Origin: Eledone cirrhosa
Lineage: Eukaryota
Length of the DNA stretch: 64,000 nt
Assembly (NCBI GenBank): GCA_964016885.1
Contig: OZ024743.1
Span: forward strand, 54,622,001 to 54,686,000
Reading direction: 5' to 3'
The position numbers and the translations under genes are program-made. Shown in pieces: positions 43,130 to 59,899 of this stretch (positions are counted from its first letter, which is position 1; each line of letters opens with the position of its first letter). The notes below the pieces were generated by a model. It had not been told where the DNA came from. It made no database searches and saw only the letters and a list, made by a program, of their open reading frames with translations.

Positions 43130-44952
43130 ATCATATTCGTCTCGGGGGTAGTTCCCCCATCGCCCGCCACTTTGGTGGCCCTGGACATTCCGCACGCCAT
43201 ATCACAGTCTGTGGCCTACTCCAGTGCCACGGAACACCCGCCAATCGCCTTACGGTCGAACAACGAACTATCTTCATCTTACAGACCCACACTCCCCCCG
43301 GCCTGAACTCCCCACCCTTATTCCTTTAGCCTTCGACCGCCCCCCTCCCCCCACACTTATCCCCCACTAACACCACTAACACACCCCTCCTTTTCACCGC
43401 CCACCCCACAACTAACAATACTAACACCTCCACTCCACCCCTCATCTGACCACCCTTCCCCAACTAACCTACTAACATCCCTCCCTTCTTCTCCTCCTCC
43501 CCCCTCCTTATCACACGCACACACCCACCGGCACATATATACACGCGCTCACACTAAACACACACCCTACTACCACCACTAACCCTCACCTCCACACCTC
43601 TCACCCCACACCTCCATCCCACTACCCCGCAACTAACCTCACTAACACCCGCTGACCCCAAGCACACGAAGACACGCACCCACTTACACCACCCACCCCA
43701 CACGCAACTAACATCACTAACACCCCCAACCCCACGCACACGTACCCACAAACCCACGTACACCACCAACTCTACACACCCTACCACCACTAACCCCCAC
43801 TCACACCTGCATTCAACCCCTCCCCACCTCCCGTATACTAACACCCACCAACACCTCTTCATCAAACTACACACACACCAGTACACCACACTCCCTCCAT
43901 AGAACCACACACACCCTTCTCTCCCCGCTCCACCCACACCCTCGCTCCACACTCACTCATCCCACTAACACCTCTACTAATACACGCACACACCCCCTCC
44001 TTACTCCAACTTTCACACCTACCCATCCTCGCCCCTTTACCATTCCACCGACTGCTGCTATGCCCTCTGACCACCTCCCAGCACAAACAGACACACAGCA
44101 CTCCCAATGCTTGACCACTTCCTGTTGCGCGCGCACCCCACATCTCTCCTCTTCCGACCATCGCTTCATGGAATACCCGCACGCAGAAATTGACCAACAC
44201 AGAATCCACTAAACACCTTTGGAATTTACCTACTTTTCAACCATCCTCTTACGTAATCACCTATATAACTCACCCACACAAACACCCCAAAAAATGTTTT
44301 TTCTCCACACGCCACCTACACCCACAACACGCTTAAACCCCACACACACGTGCTTTCCACCACATATTTACACCCTCAGCCTCCTGATTCCTCTCCCCCC
44401 ACCCCTCTATCCACACACGCACAGACACTCAGACCCCCCCCCACACACACACGCCTCTTTCTGAACATGCAACCCCGTTCTTCCCCCAACCCTTACTTTC
44501 ACATACACACACACACACGCACACCTACACACACACACCACCTTCAGCCCTCCCCGCTCGGACACCCCGTCTCCCTCTCCCCACTCCACCCGCCACCACC
44601 CTTACACACCCCACACCCTTCCACCACCTGTTTTACCCCCCTTTTAATTTCAGTTTATTTTGATCATGCTTTTATATTTAATTTTATTTCATTCCTTGTA
44701 TTTTGATCATGCTTTATTTTTATTTTTATCTTTATTTTTTTATTTTTTTCATTCGCACCGTTTCCTTTCGCTATATGTCTCTCCACCACTCCCCTACACA
44801 CCCTTTGAACTCTGTTCCCACACACTTCTCACCTGAGAAAGGGCTTATACCCGAAACGTCATCCCCCACCAACACCCCACTCCCCAGAGCGTGAAATTAA
44901 TAAACATTCGTTGTACTGCCTCTCTGTTTTGTCCCTGTTCAAATTTTTCCAT

Positions 44953-44953
<1 letters not shown>
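43130..44953 (+). mobile_element. 5'-truncated Neptune-like PLE (same family as 17712-19842)
   Basis: IRLGGSSPIARHFGGPGHSARHITVCGLLQCHG...EQRTIFILQTHTPPGLNSPPLFL*; HHR at 44831-44862 with mutated core CUGAGAA and a stem II mismatch. Confidence 0.9.
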
Positions 44954-45022
<69 letters not shown>

Positions 45023-45455
45023 TACGTGTGTGTACTCGCGTGTGATCTCTATTTGTAAGTATACATTTTTATGCCTGCTGATAACCTGAGGAATTTTCAC
45101 CCAATATTTTTTGAAACACTCACATCAACACTCACACGAACACACAGAGTCATACACATATATGTACCCCCCCCCCCCTACACACACATATAACATACAC
45201 ACACATATATAATAACATTCCTCCATCACCTTTCTCCTCACACATTCCATACATTATTCTACTGCAACAGTTAGAAGAGCAATCAGTGAGAAAATAACAA
45301 TGCCGTACAAGCAAAATGGCGAAAATATTATAGTCTGGTGGAATAAACATCCGTTCGGTTTGGTGACGAATGTACCAGTTGTTCAGAGAACGGAAGAACT
45401 TGTTCGGGAAATTCAAGTGTGAGGCGAGCATTGCACAGACACGTGTACCCATAAC

Positions 45456-45489
<34 letters not shown>

Positions 45490-45492
<3 letters not shown>

Positions 45493-45600
45493 TCGTTTCT
45501 GAATTTGTTTAGCAAGATTCTTTATCTGAAAACGTGTGTTGAAACTGATATTGTTATGCTTTGAGAGGGTCATGTTGCCAATAAGAAACACACGAACCAG
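45490..45600 (-). mobile_element. PLE tail (MTLP family)
   Basis: RC encodes MTLSKHNNISFNTRFQIKNLAKQIQKRN then (TA)n. Confidence 0.75.
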
Positions 45601-45759
45601 GAGTTTACTCCCCCAGCTTAATAAGTAGTTTTATGATTGTTTTTTTTAATGTCTCACACACATTACGGTCTCACCTCATACCAGACAACATATTCAATAC
45701 ATTCGTTTTCTCTTTTATCCCTCTTCCCTCAACTGTTCTCCCTGTTCTTAGCTACCGTA

Positions 45760-45812
<53 letters not shown>

Positions 45813-46118
45813 TAAACGAGATATTGTTTAAGGTTACCTAATTTCAGGTTACGAGTAATCTGTACCGAGGAATATAATGTTTATGTTATTTGGTATAAAA
45901 CCGTAGTGAAGCTAACTCCATGATCAGTATTTGGATAATTCACCTAGTAACTGCATTGTTTTGTGCATTTAAAATTGAATTTCACAATAGACAATCAACT
46001 TTGATGATAGCGTTTTCAAGACATAAATGACTTGCTTATTAGACGATGAAACATGTGTTATTGCTTGGAACAAAACCCTATTATATCGCTTATCCGTGTT
46101 AATCATCCTTTTACCTAG

Positions 46119-46170
<52 letters not shown>

Positions 46171-46394
46171 CGAGAGAGAGCGAGAGCGAGAGAGAGCGAG
46201 AGCGAGAGAGAGCGAGAGCGAGAGAGAGAGAGATAAATGACAGACATACCAATACAACACCACACCAGCCGTTATTCAAAATCGAGTATGACTTGGTAGC
46301 TTGTAATACACTTTCGCTATGTGTTCCTGATGCTCAAGATGTAGCGGACCACCAAAAATATGACAACTGGCAGAAAATATCGCTGCACTAGCAC

Positions 46395-47030
46395 AGGATT
46401 GGCAGTATCGGTAGAGGGTCGGACGCCTTGCTTTGACGCATAGAGTTACGGCCCTTGCCATTCTCAGTTCAAAACCTGCCGAGGTTAACTTTGCCTTTCA
46501 TCCTTACGGGGTCGACAAAAATAAAGTACCAGTAATACACTGGGTTTTTGCTGGCCTTGTGCCAAAAAGTAGAAACAATTATTATCCTTCCCGAAAGGGT
46601 GAAAGCAAAATGGACCTCGACAACATTCGAAATTAGAACGCTGTAACAAGGAACCAATACTCCGACGCACAAAAAAGATTCTGCCAAATCTAGAGCCATT
46701 CACATACATACATACATACATACATACATACATACATACATACATACATACATACATACATACATACATACATTCATGATGATGGCTGCCCCCTCGAAAT
46801 CGAGTGTAGCCATTGTTCGATATAACATTATTAATAATCATTAATTAATTCTGGCGGTGGATTGACAGTATCGGTAGAGGGACGGACGCCATACTTTGCA
46901 GCCCTTTATGATCTAAGTTCAAATCTCGCCGAGGTTAACTTTGCCTTTCATCCTTACGGCGTCGATAAAATAAAGTACCAGTAATATACTGGAATACTTA
47001 CTGGCCTAGTGCCAAAAGTAGAAACAATTA
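46395..47030 (+). mobile_element. Two tRNA-derived SINE copies (46395-46585, 46853-47030)
   Basis: Same A/B box and central domain as 7761-7951. Confidence 0.85.
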
Positions 47031-47918
47031 ATTAATTCTATCGTGCTGTGCGTGAAGATTTTTTTAAAGTGAGGAAAGACTGTGCACTGAGCCAATCCCA
47101 CTCTCTGAGCCACAGTAGCTATAACCCGAAAAGAAGAAAAGATCAACATCATCGGTAACTACTGAGCCGCAGGTTTTATATCGGAGTTATCCCAGTTTCC
47201 TGAGTTGCCTACATTCCTAATGGTTTAACCGTGCGATCGGGTATCCAACCCGATTACATACATACATGCATACATATTAGCTGCATCTCGGTTTCGAGAA
47301 TTGTCATCCCTTGAGGTGTTTCTCACGCACAGGTGGCACGAACATGACTTTTTTGCCCTTCCAAGGACTTAGATTCTTTTTACAAATGCTGCAGCGAAAG
47401 AAATTAAATGAAAAGTCATGTTGACGCAACACACGTGAAACTCGTTTAGATAAAGTGATGCCAGGGCTTGAAGCTTCTTTTAAGTGAAAAAAGGATTTAC
47501 GCTGGTATAATCCCACTCTCTGAACAACACTGATAGGTATCCAAAATGCAGAACAGGTCAAAGTAATCGGCTGCCATCGAGTCGCAGGTTTTTTCTTTTA
47601 TTAGCGGTTTCCTTCTCTAAGAATGATGTCCTAACAAGAACTAGGTGTCTCTCAGTCTCAGTGGGCTAACCGCGCGCTCGGACACCTAACCGTGTATTTC
47701 TTGTACACACACACACATTCACGTCCGGCGTGTATCAACAAAAATAAACCTTTTCCAAATCTAAAGGTTTTTAAAATAAAATTTCATTGTTTTACAGGTT
47801 TACCGTTTCAGAAGCTCAGGCTCTCATAACTGATAGTCCTCAGCGAAATGTACTTTACGGATTTTAATAAACCAAAACCCAAACTAATTGAATAGAGCCT
47901 CAGAATTTTATTTATATA

Positions 47919-47973
<55 letters not shown>

Positions 47974-48116
47974 GGCTATATATTGACTAATATACGAAAT
48001 GTTCATGGAAATAAACATTTTACTGCCTTGCTATAGATTTTAGAAGTGGTGAAATTTAATACGGCCCACGTAAATACGTTTTCTTCCTGGGTTTTTGTTA
48101 TTGTCTGTATCTACAT

Positions 48117-48263
<147 letters not shown>

Positions 48264-48942
48264 CATTGTCTTGAGTATATTTATATATAATTTATCGTAG
48301 TTGCACGATAGCAACACAAATCGATTTATCTGAACTAGCTCGATCAACAGTGAATGGTTCAGTTTGGCAATTAAATTATTCTTCGATTTCAATAGGTCAA
48401 TAGGGTTGTGAAGAGAAGACATAGACAACTGGTGAACTATACACAGAGACCAGACAATAACAAATTCCAGAAAGAAAAAAAAACGTATTTGCGTGGGCCG
48501 TATTGAATTCTAACACACTAGGATGCAGATGAGGCTAAAAGTATAATTACACACTTACAGAAATTGTATAAGCTATGGTACTGGAGTGTAGTCGACAGCA
48601 GGTGTTTTCCCCACATACATTTATATGTATATCGCTATGTTGGAGCCCCAATACAAATTTTTAACTAAAGCCGAGACAGCTACTGCTCCATATGCAAATG
48701 AGTATCATCATGTAATAAATATAAATAGAATTCTATAAGAATTTAGCTTACTTTAGCTTCAGTAAAGACCGGAAGATATGTAATCTCGATTACTACTAAC
48801 AAGTGAGAAACGATTGCAGTGTCGACTACTTCCCCCTGTTTTTGCTGAAGCTGGGTATGACGTTGGTCCCAACCTTAAAATTCTTAGCAAAAAGCCTTCA
48901 AATGTTTATCATAAACAACCCGTATCTTATTCAATATACAAT

Positions 48943-49045
48943 GCGTGGCCTGAGTAGTTAGAGAATTATGAGGTTGTGAGTTCGATTCCTGGACCGGGTG
49001 TGTTATGCTCTTGAGCAAGAAACTTTATTTCACGTTGCTCCCTCT
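48943..49045 (+). mobile_element. CORE-type SINE head
   Basis: gcgtggcctgagtagtta...gagttcgattcctgg...tcttgagcaagaaactttatttcacgttgctcc. Confidence 0.65.
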
Positions 49046-49752
49046 GCCTGGTAAGGAGGGTGATATTTGGACATCCTGCGGGTGAAATATAAGACCTGGC
49101 AAAGGGCGAAGGAACTCAACAGATCAACGGCCATCCAAATTGTACTTTTTTTTCCACCTGGGAGTGAAAGGCCCCAGTTGTCACAACACCTTTCTAGGAG
49201 AGGTAAACTCTGAAAAAAAGAAAGATAAAAATCCTGCGGCTTCGGAAGCATCCGATGATGTTGACCAGTTCTCCTTTTCTAGTAGTATTTACGTTGCTCA
49301 GAGAGTGGGATTGGTCGAGTGAAAGTCCTTTCCCTACTTAAAAAACCTTCAGAGCACAGGCATTGCTTGTTCAGGGTATGTTACAGGTTCGTGTGGCTGG
49401 CCGTAGCCTAAAAGTACACCAAACTATAATCTGACAAGCGCTTGCAATACTCTTAGCAGAGTTTGCAACCACCATATATGTATATATATATATATATATG
49501 AAAAACAAGGGGAGAAGAATACTGCATGGTTGCACATGGATTACATATTATAAAATTAGTCCCTCATCAGTGATTTACCAACCATCATTGGTATTTCATC
49601 GCATTAAAAATCAGATACCTCAGGTTGGTGCGAGCAATAACTAAAATAAGCTATTGGGACAAGTGAAACGCGTAAAGCGAGTGAGACAAGTAAACAACAG
49701 AAGGAAAAGCAAACCGAAGGTCGGGAAAACAGCAAGCAACATGATAGTTACC

Positions 49753-49812
<60 letters not shown>

Positions 49813-49866
49813 TTATTTATTAAATAACAGCCCTCTTTGGATTTTAGTCTTCAATTTTATTATTAT

Positions 49867-49904
<38 letters not shown>

Positions 49905-50057
49905 GTATGTGTGTGTGCTTTTATTCCGAATCACGTTGTGTTATTTCTGCTCTTAATTAATACCTTTCCGTCAAGTCCACATTATATTTAAATGAGCATC
50001 TTCATAAATATATTATTTGCGAATCACTCTCTCTCTCTCTCTCTTCCCCCCTCTCTC

Positions 50058-50119
<62 letters not shown>

Positions 50120-50399
50120 TATATGCCACCAGCTTATTTTGGGTCAGTACAGAAGGAGGAAAGATCACCGAAGTTTAATAAAAATTCTGAACTACTAGTA
50201 CTTGTATTCCTCCCATGGCTATAGAGATAGTTGTGACATGATCACAGCTTTAAAATGCTCACAGCGAGACATATGTATGTTTATTATACATAAACGTTGT
50301 ATATGCTTTTATATACGCCTCTGTGTGATAAACTAAAATAAAATAGCAATATAAATAGTGATAAATTTCAGAATGGATGTCAGGAGAAAGTTGTTTCAA

Positions 50400-51870
<1,471 letters not shown>

Positions 51871-52455
51871 CACGAAATTGTTCATAGGAAACTAAAAACT
51901 AAGCAGATTGCTTTACAAGTTATCGTATGTCTAAATATGTCAGCTGAAAATGGCGATAGAAGTAGGGGTGTGTTTTTTGTATAAAACTAAAGGAGGCGGG
52001 GATGTCGTAGAGATAGAAATGTGATGGAAGCAGGGGAGTGTTTTTAGTATACTAGTGATGGAAGAAGGGGTGTGTTTTTGGTATACAAGTGATGGAAGCC
52101 AGGGTGTTGTGGAGGCAGAAGTGGGTCAGGTGGTGCCATTCTCCACTATTTACACCGAACGACACTTCCGCACTGGTTTCATGTAATTGTTTACGGTTCA
52201 ATAGGTTTTCACAATCGTAAATGTGAGGACACACACACATATAAATAAATAAATATATATAGACACTTATATTATATATATTACAATGTTCAAAAAACTA
52301 AAATCCAATGTGGACTGACTCGATATATATACACACACATATACATATACATTTATATATATATATACACACATATACATATACATTTATATGAGTCCAG
52401 AAATAGCCGTCGAAATGGCTTGAGCACTGCCGTCGGGGTCATACTTTTTCCTATG

Positions 52456-52521
<66 letters not shown>

Positions 52522-52777
52522 AGTAGAAATAAAATGAAAACGAAATTTCATTTCTCACTCTTAGTACGGCACTTACTATACGCACATACTTATATTTATA
52601 TATATATATATATATATATTTATATACATACATACCATTTATGGTATATTGTTTACCAATGGGTAGAACTGGTGATTCCGGTTAGAATTAAAGATTTAAC
52701 GAAAGTTTACAGTCCGGTCTTCTGTTGTTTTAATGTATGTTGTGTATATATATATTACTAAAAAAAAACACACACAT

Positions 52778-52890
<113 letters not shown>

Positions 52891-53212
52891 CGTGCGCCTG
52901 TGTTTGTGTAGGTGGGGGTGTCTGCGTCCGTATGTGTGTGCAACAATATGTATAACCATAGAGCAAATATTTATTATCTGAAGAGATTAAAAGTTGAAGA
53001 AAAAGGAAAAGATAGAAAACAACGATCGTACTTAAACATTTAATCTTCTGTTTCCTTTCTTTCATTCTCTCTCCCATCCTATTTCCGATGAGAATTTAGC
53101 GTCCGAAACATTAACGCACTTTTTCAATTGTATCAAGCATTGAACTAATATATATCATTATTCTTTGCTATAATTCTCCCATATCACGTCGATTTTCCTT
53201 GTCGGAATTTCT

Positions 53213-53284
<72 letters not shown>

Positions 53285-53532
53285 TGCAACAACAAGTAAG
53301 CAAAAACAACAAAGCAAACAATATAGTGCAACAAAGAAATATATTAGTTTAACGCTTGATATAGCAGGGAAAGAGTCTTTACTTTTCGGACATTCATCAG
53401 AGGTTAGAATGAGAAATAAAGGACGAAACAAAGATGGAGAGTGAGAAGACGGAAGGAATAGAAAAAATAAAATTGAGAATAAGCACGTGTGTAATAAGTC
53501 AGCTACTGTGGATATATGTATATACACATAAC

Positions 53533-53586
<54 letters not shown>

Positions 53587-54249
53587 GTATGAATGTATGC
53601 GCGTATATATATATATATATATACGCGCATACATTCATACATACACAGAAACACACAAACCCACACACACATACCCACACTATATTATGAGTGTATAATA
53701 AACATACGAGAGCCTCGCTATAAACATACACCAAACTACACACATATAACATATATCCCAAGATGCACATACACACACACATACTGACACATATTAGGAA
53801 TAGATACAAACACCGGGGGAAATGTATCCTACTCTAATACACGTAAGTACACAGACAGAAAAACCTTTCAAATCCTCTTGAATTCATTTGAATTGTGTCC
53901 GCCACCTTTTTGTATTACCCCCCCCCCCCCGATCCCCATCGTTTTGATATTACGTCCTAACAGTACACACACACTAACACCCACACACACATACACATAC
54001 ACACCGTAGCACACACACATACACACACACAGTAACGCGCGCGCACACACACACAGATCTAGATACTGGCCTTTAAATATATATGTATGGTCTCGTAACT
54101 CCTCACGGAGTCGTAGGGGCGCCATATTGATATACTGCATTTCTATGGCATTTTAAAACCTGGGGAAGTCTATTCCTTTCTAGTTCTGAACACACCAGAT
54201 TTCTTCCAGAGTAGGATGGGAAGTGAGAGGGAGATATAGAGAAGGAATC

Positions 54250-54390
54250 AACTCCAGTACTTGACTGGTACTTTATTTTATCGACCTCGAATAGATGAAA
54301 GGCAAAGCTGACCTCGGTGGGATTTGAATTGAGACAGCAGAGAGCTAAAGCATTCTATCCGACATTTTAACGACTCTGCCAATTCACCAG
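54250..54390 (-). mobile_element. tRNA-derived SINE, diverged
   Basis: ctggtactttattttatcgacc...gatgaaaggcaaagctgacctcggtgggatttgaa. Confidence 0.75.
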
Positions 54391-55342
54391 CTGCCTTTAA
54401 ATATACTCAAACACTAATAACTCACTCGCATACAAACACACACACACACACACTCATACATAAACACAGAGACAATCATATATATAAATGCACACATATT
54501 CGTGCTACTATAAATACACACATTAAAATATACGCACGCATGTACACACAAATACACTCTCATTGGCAATACAGGAAATGACACACACACCATCACAAAC
54601 AAAATATACACAACCAAAACACACATAAACACACAAACAAAAAACAGAAATGACAACACGCGCATTCACAATATAACCTTACCTGCACCCTCATAGCAAT
54701 CCCAATGATAGACCCAGAGGCTCCACCGCCCCCAGCTCTTCCTCCCAGCTCCCGTCGTACGCCGGACTTCTTACATTCCCACTTAGCTGCTCATCTCACC
54801 CATCTGGATAATCTGATTTTTCTCTTCAACATTTCAATCAACTCTTTCCCCTAATTTTATTCTTTACTGATGAAGGACTAATGTCAGATACATTAAACAG
54901 TTATTCTTCTTTTGCCCACAAGCGTATGAATTGTGTAATTGCATTCTATCTAGTGTGTTTGCTCCTTTTAATCTTGATATACGTAGACCGTTATTGCACC
55001 AACCAATCTATTCGCTATCGATAACTACCCAAGTATACACTACATATATATACATATATATGCAACTAAGCAAGTAGGACCGTCAAACACACAGATCTAT
55101 ATATATATATATATTTGACAATCGCCACAGACAGACGAATGCGAGAAAGTTCTCCAACCCAAGTTAATCAGGAATCTTTAAAATTCTTCCCACCGAAGTT
55201 AACAAAGAACTTACTGGATCTACCAACTCATAATATTATAATATTATCAAATTAAATAAAAAGTTTTTTTAACAGGATAAGTGAAGTCATTCTTTTCCTT
55301 TTGTTTTTAATATACCTAACTGTACCAAGATCTCACGCATTG

Positions 55343-55375
<33 letters not shown>

Positions 55376-55381
<6 letters not shown>

Positions 55382-55487
55382 TAACAGATTAAAGTTTAAG
55401 CAAAGAATCGCTGATTTCACCCTTAACGGGATCTTCTGAAACCCTATCGAGCCCTCTTTGGCTTTTAGTCTTCAAATTTATTATTAT

Positions 55488-55526
<39 letters not shown>

Positions 55527-55702
55527 AACGAGTAGGACCCCGACGGCTGAGCTCAAGCCGTTTCGACTCCATAATTAGCCGTCGAAACGGCTTGAGCTCA
55601 GCCGTCGGGGTCCTACTCGTTCCTATTACCCACTCTACTACCCTAAGTATTGAGTACTTTGGTGCGTTATGGTCCACCTGGTTCCTTACCACATTTCCTT
55701 CG

Positions 55703-55703
<1 letters not shown>
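55376..55703. mobile_element. Two adjacent PLE mini-insertions of different families in one (TA)n tract
   Basis: 55376-55490: inverted HHR-like end plus tail of the 6176 family; 55525-55703: inverted plus forward HHR 3' half and tail of the 38682 family. Confidence 0.8.
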
Positions 55704-55756
<53 letters not shown>

Positions 55757-55979
55757 TTTTTGCAAGATTTATAATAAGAAATCGTGTGCTGAAGCATTAT
55801 ATTTAGGGATGTTGATTTTGCAAATTTTGCTAATAAAAATACACATTCTGTGACATCTGCGTCATTTGCTTTTCTTCTCTGTGTCTCAAAAGAAGAGGGG
55901 ACACAGCGGAGAACAACAAAGTCTTTGAAGTGGTCACAGAACGAGCGACGAAAAGACTGTAACGAACTAAGTAATAACT

Positions 55980-56152
55980 AACAATTGTTTCTACTTTTGG
56001 CACAAGACTAGTGTATTACTGGTACTTTATTTTATCGACTCCGTAAGGATGAAAGGCAAAGTTAACCTCGGTGGGATTTGATTTTTGATCATAAAGGGAT
56101 ATAACTCTATGCTTCAAAGCATGGCGTCCAACCCTCTACCGATACTGCCAAT
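55980..56152 (-). mobile_element. tRNA-derived SINE
   Basis: Reverse complement of the 7761 family. Confidence 0.85.
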
Positions 56153-56154
56153 CC

Positions 56155-57513
56155 AGTGAAAATCAAATAGTTCATCTGATTCTATTGGCAAGTCTGGGAA
56201 AATGATATTGCCCAAATATAAAAATATATTAATATATAAAGTTGTAATATCTGTATCTACAGAACAGAAGTAACCGGGACTGCGTAAATGTGTATATAAT
56301 TTAATCAACAGTACGGGCTGTTCATACAATATAAAAATATCCTTCTCTACTACTCCTAACCTAGCAGACATCATAGGAACAACGAACCACAGTAAGATCA
56401 CCAAGACACAGCACCTCGACACAGACGCACCTACACCTGACAATAACTATATCGGCCTTAACAACTCCCTGACAGCATCCAATAGTGTTGGCAACGGCAT
56501 CCGCAGACGCAACCAGAATGACCGCGAAGTGACTGGGGAACATGCAGAACATGACGTGCGGAATAACAATCGCACCATCCCGCGTGCTGTGGGTTGTAAT
56601 TGTGCTAACGACAGCTGCGGTAGCGTAGGTAACAACGTAGGCAGCAACAATGATAGCCTTACCGTGGGAAATAGACGGAACCGCGACAGAAATTGCAACT
56701 GCCGCGACAGAGGACGCTGCCCCCTTAGAGGATACTGCTTGACTGATAGGGTTATATATAGATGCACTATTACTAGCCACAATAGCGTTAAACATTATAT
56801 AGGGGCCACCTCCGGCCCGTTCAAAATTAGGTTTCGAACACATCTCCACGCTTTCACAAATAGAAAACTAAGGCACTCCACTTCACTCGCGGACTACATC
56901 ACATCACTAAAGGACTTAAACATCAGCTTCTCCACGCACTGGGAGATTGTCGGCAGGGCTGCACCGTACAACTTCAAGAGGAAATGCGATCTTTGCCTCA
57001 TGGAGCTCTACCATATCATAACTGCACCCCACGAGCTCATCAACAGCAGAGCTGAAACAGCGATAAGTTGTACACATCGCTTAAAAATATCCTTTTTTTA
57101 GATGGGTTAAGAATGAAGAGTGAAATAGTACACTGGATCTCCCTGCGACAAGCCTTAACACCCCGGCGGGCAGGCGCAGCAAAATAACACCCAGAAAACA
57201 ATCCTTGCACACCAGACCCAGCCTCAGACAAACCGATGCGGCGGGAAAAAAAAAAAAAAAAAATTATCCGGGAAGGACTGCCCTAATACCGGTCAGAGTT
57301 ACCTCCCTTGACCTGCTGCAAAATCAAAACAAGATATTTTTGCGAGCAATGAATCTTGATGTAGATTTAACCCCCAAAACTCTTTCCGAACTATATAAGG
57401 AGCACTTGTGATTATTTATGCCCTTGAGAAGCCCAACTGGGCGAAACGTACGTAGGTGATATTTTAAATAAACATGTTTTAACGGTCTATTCTCCGATTA
57501 TTTACTTTCCCAC
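56155..57513 (+). mobile_element. 5'-truncated PLE with intact-looking GIY-YIG domain, 3' UTR and HHR
   Basis: IKISFSTTPNLADII upstream; ORF 56529-57101 NCNCRDRGRCPLRGYCLTDRVIYRCTITS...HYIGATSGPFKIRFRTHLHAF...WEIVGRAAPYNFKRKCDLCLMELYHII...INSRAE; aataaa at ~57467; (TA)n. Confidence 0.93.
57421..57460 (+). ncRNA. Minimal hammerhead motif, U3-A8 core
   Basis: cc-UUGAGAA-GCCC-aacu-GGGC-GAAAC-GUAC-GUA-gg. Confidence 0.7.
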
Positions 57514-57538
57514 GTATATATATATATATATATATATA

Positions 57539-58439
57539 TCGTAAAACATGTCTATAGAATCACAAGATAAAATATATACTATTTCCTCTCCCAATTAGCA
57601 TAATTAACTATATAAAAAATCGAATAGACCAGGCTATACGAATGAGGCTTCTATGAAGGAATCTCCGACAAATAACCAAAACTACCGCTTCGCGTCAGCC
57701 GTAGCGGAATATTTATCGAATATTTCGACAGCGTAATCGCCTAGATACAGCCAACTAAGCAGAATTAGGTTTAAAATAAACTATGAGAAAATAGAATACA
57801 TTCAAATACCTCTACCATGGTTTCGTCCGTGTTTTGAGTTTTCCAATAATTATGTAATAATTATATAAACTCGAGCGCCGGATTCTTCAGGAAACTCGCT
57901 CATATCTAGACATTAAATTTTCCAAAACGATCGCGCCAAGTATTCATTTCAAAATGGCTAAAAATCGTGACGTAGTCGCGGTCAAGTTGGAAGGGGTGTG
58001 GTAGTTGCTTACGACTGGTGGCATTTTGGCTAGAAAGCACAGCACAATACAGCCAAATTTGTATCTCAACCTAGTGGGAGATTATTACATATAAAAGTTT
58101 ACATATATATATACATACACATACATATACGTGTTTTGCAACTGGTCACTTTGTAGCTCAATGAAAAATTAATAAATTAAACAATCAGAGCTATATATCA
58201 TAAAACATGTCTATAGAATCACAAGATAAAATATATACTATTTCCTCTCCCAATTAGCATAATTAACTATATAAAAAATCAAATAGATCAGGCTATACGA
58301 ATGAGGCTTCTATGAAGGAATCTCCGACAAATAACCAAAACTAGCGCTTCGCGTCAGCCGTAGCGGAATATTTATCGAATATTTCGACAGCGTAATCGCC
58401 TAGATACAGTCAACTAAGCAGAATTAGGTTTAAAATAAA

Positions 58440-58442
<3 letters not shown>
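57539..58442. mobile_element. Non-coding element with 243-bp direct repeats (period 659 bp) in (TA)n
   Basis: 57540-57782 almost identical to 58199-58441; (TA)n on both flanks. Confidence 0.75.
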
Positions 58443-58517
<75 letters not shown>

Positions 58518-58519
<2 letters not shown>

Positions 58520-58617
58520 GGCGATGAATTAGTTTTGCGAGGTTTTTTATATGAAATCGTGTGTCGAAACAAATATTGTTATACTTGGGGAGGGTCATAT
58601 TTGTATACGAAGGAGCC

Positions 58618-58620
<3 letters not shown>
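58518..58620 (-). mobile_element. Diverged PLE tail (MTLP family)
   Basis: RC encodes MTLPKYNNICFDTRFHIKNLAKLIHRR. Confidence 0.7.
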
Positions 58621-58652
<32 letters not shown>

Positions 58653-58654
58653 TA

Positions 58655-59899
<1,245 letters not shown>

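Noticed and set aside
45250-45456. Open frames on both strands (VMGTRVCAMLAS... and IIVWWNKHPF...)
   Set aside because: Only vague resemblance to PLE motifs; no consistent frame or downstream catalytic motif
49556-49680. ctgatgagggac (minus) and gaaacgcgta (plus)
   Set aside because: The two halves are on opposite strands and no matching stem II partner was found
53083-54895. HHR-like remnants at ~53085-53112, ~53378-53400(-) and 54867-54895
   Set aside because: Core or stem II disrupted (ccgatga; gtcagatac; collapsed stem); probably decayed PLE ends, not supportable as ribozymes
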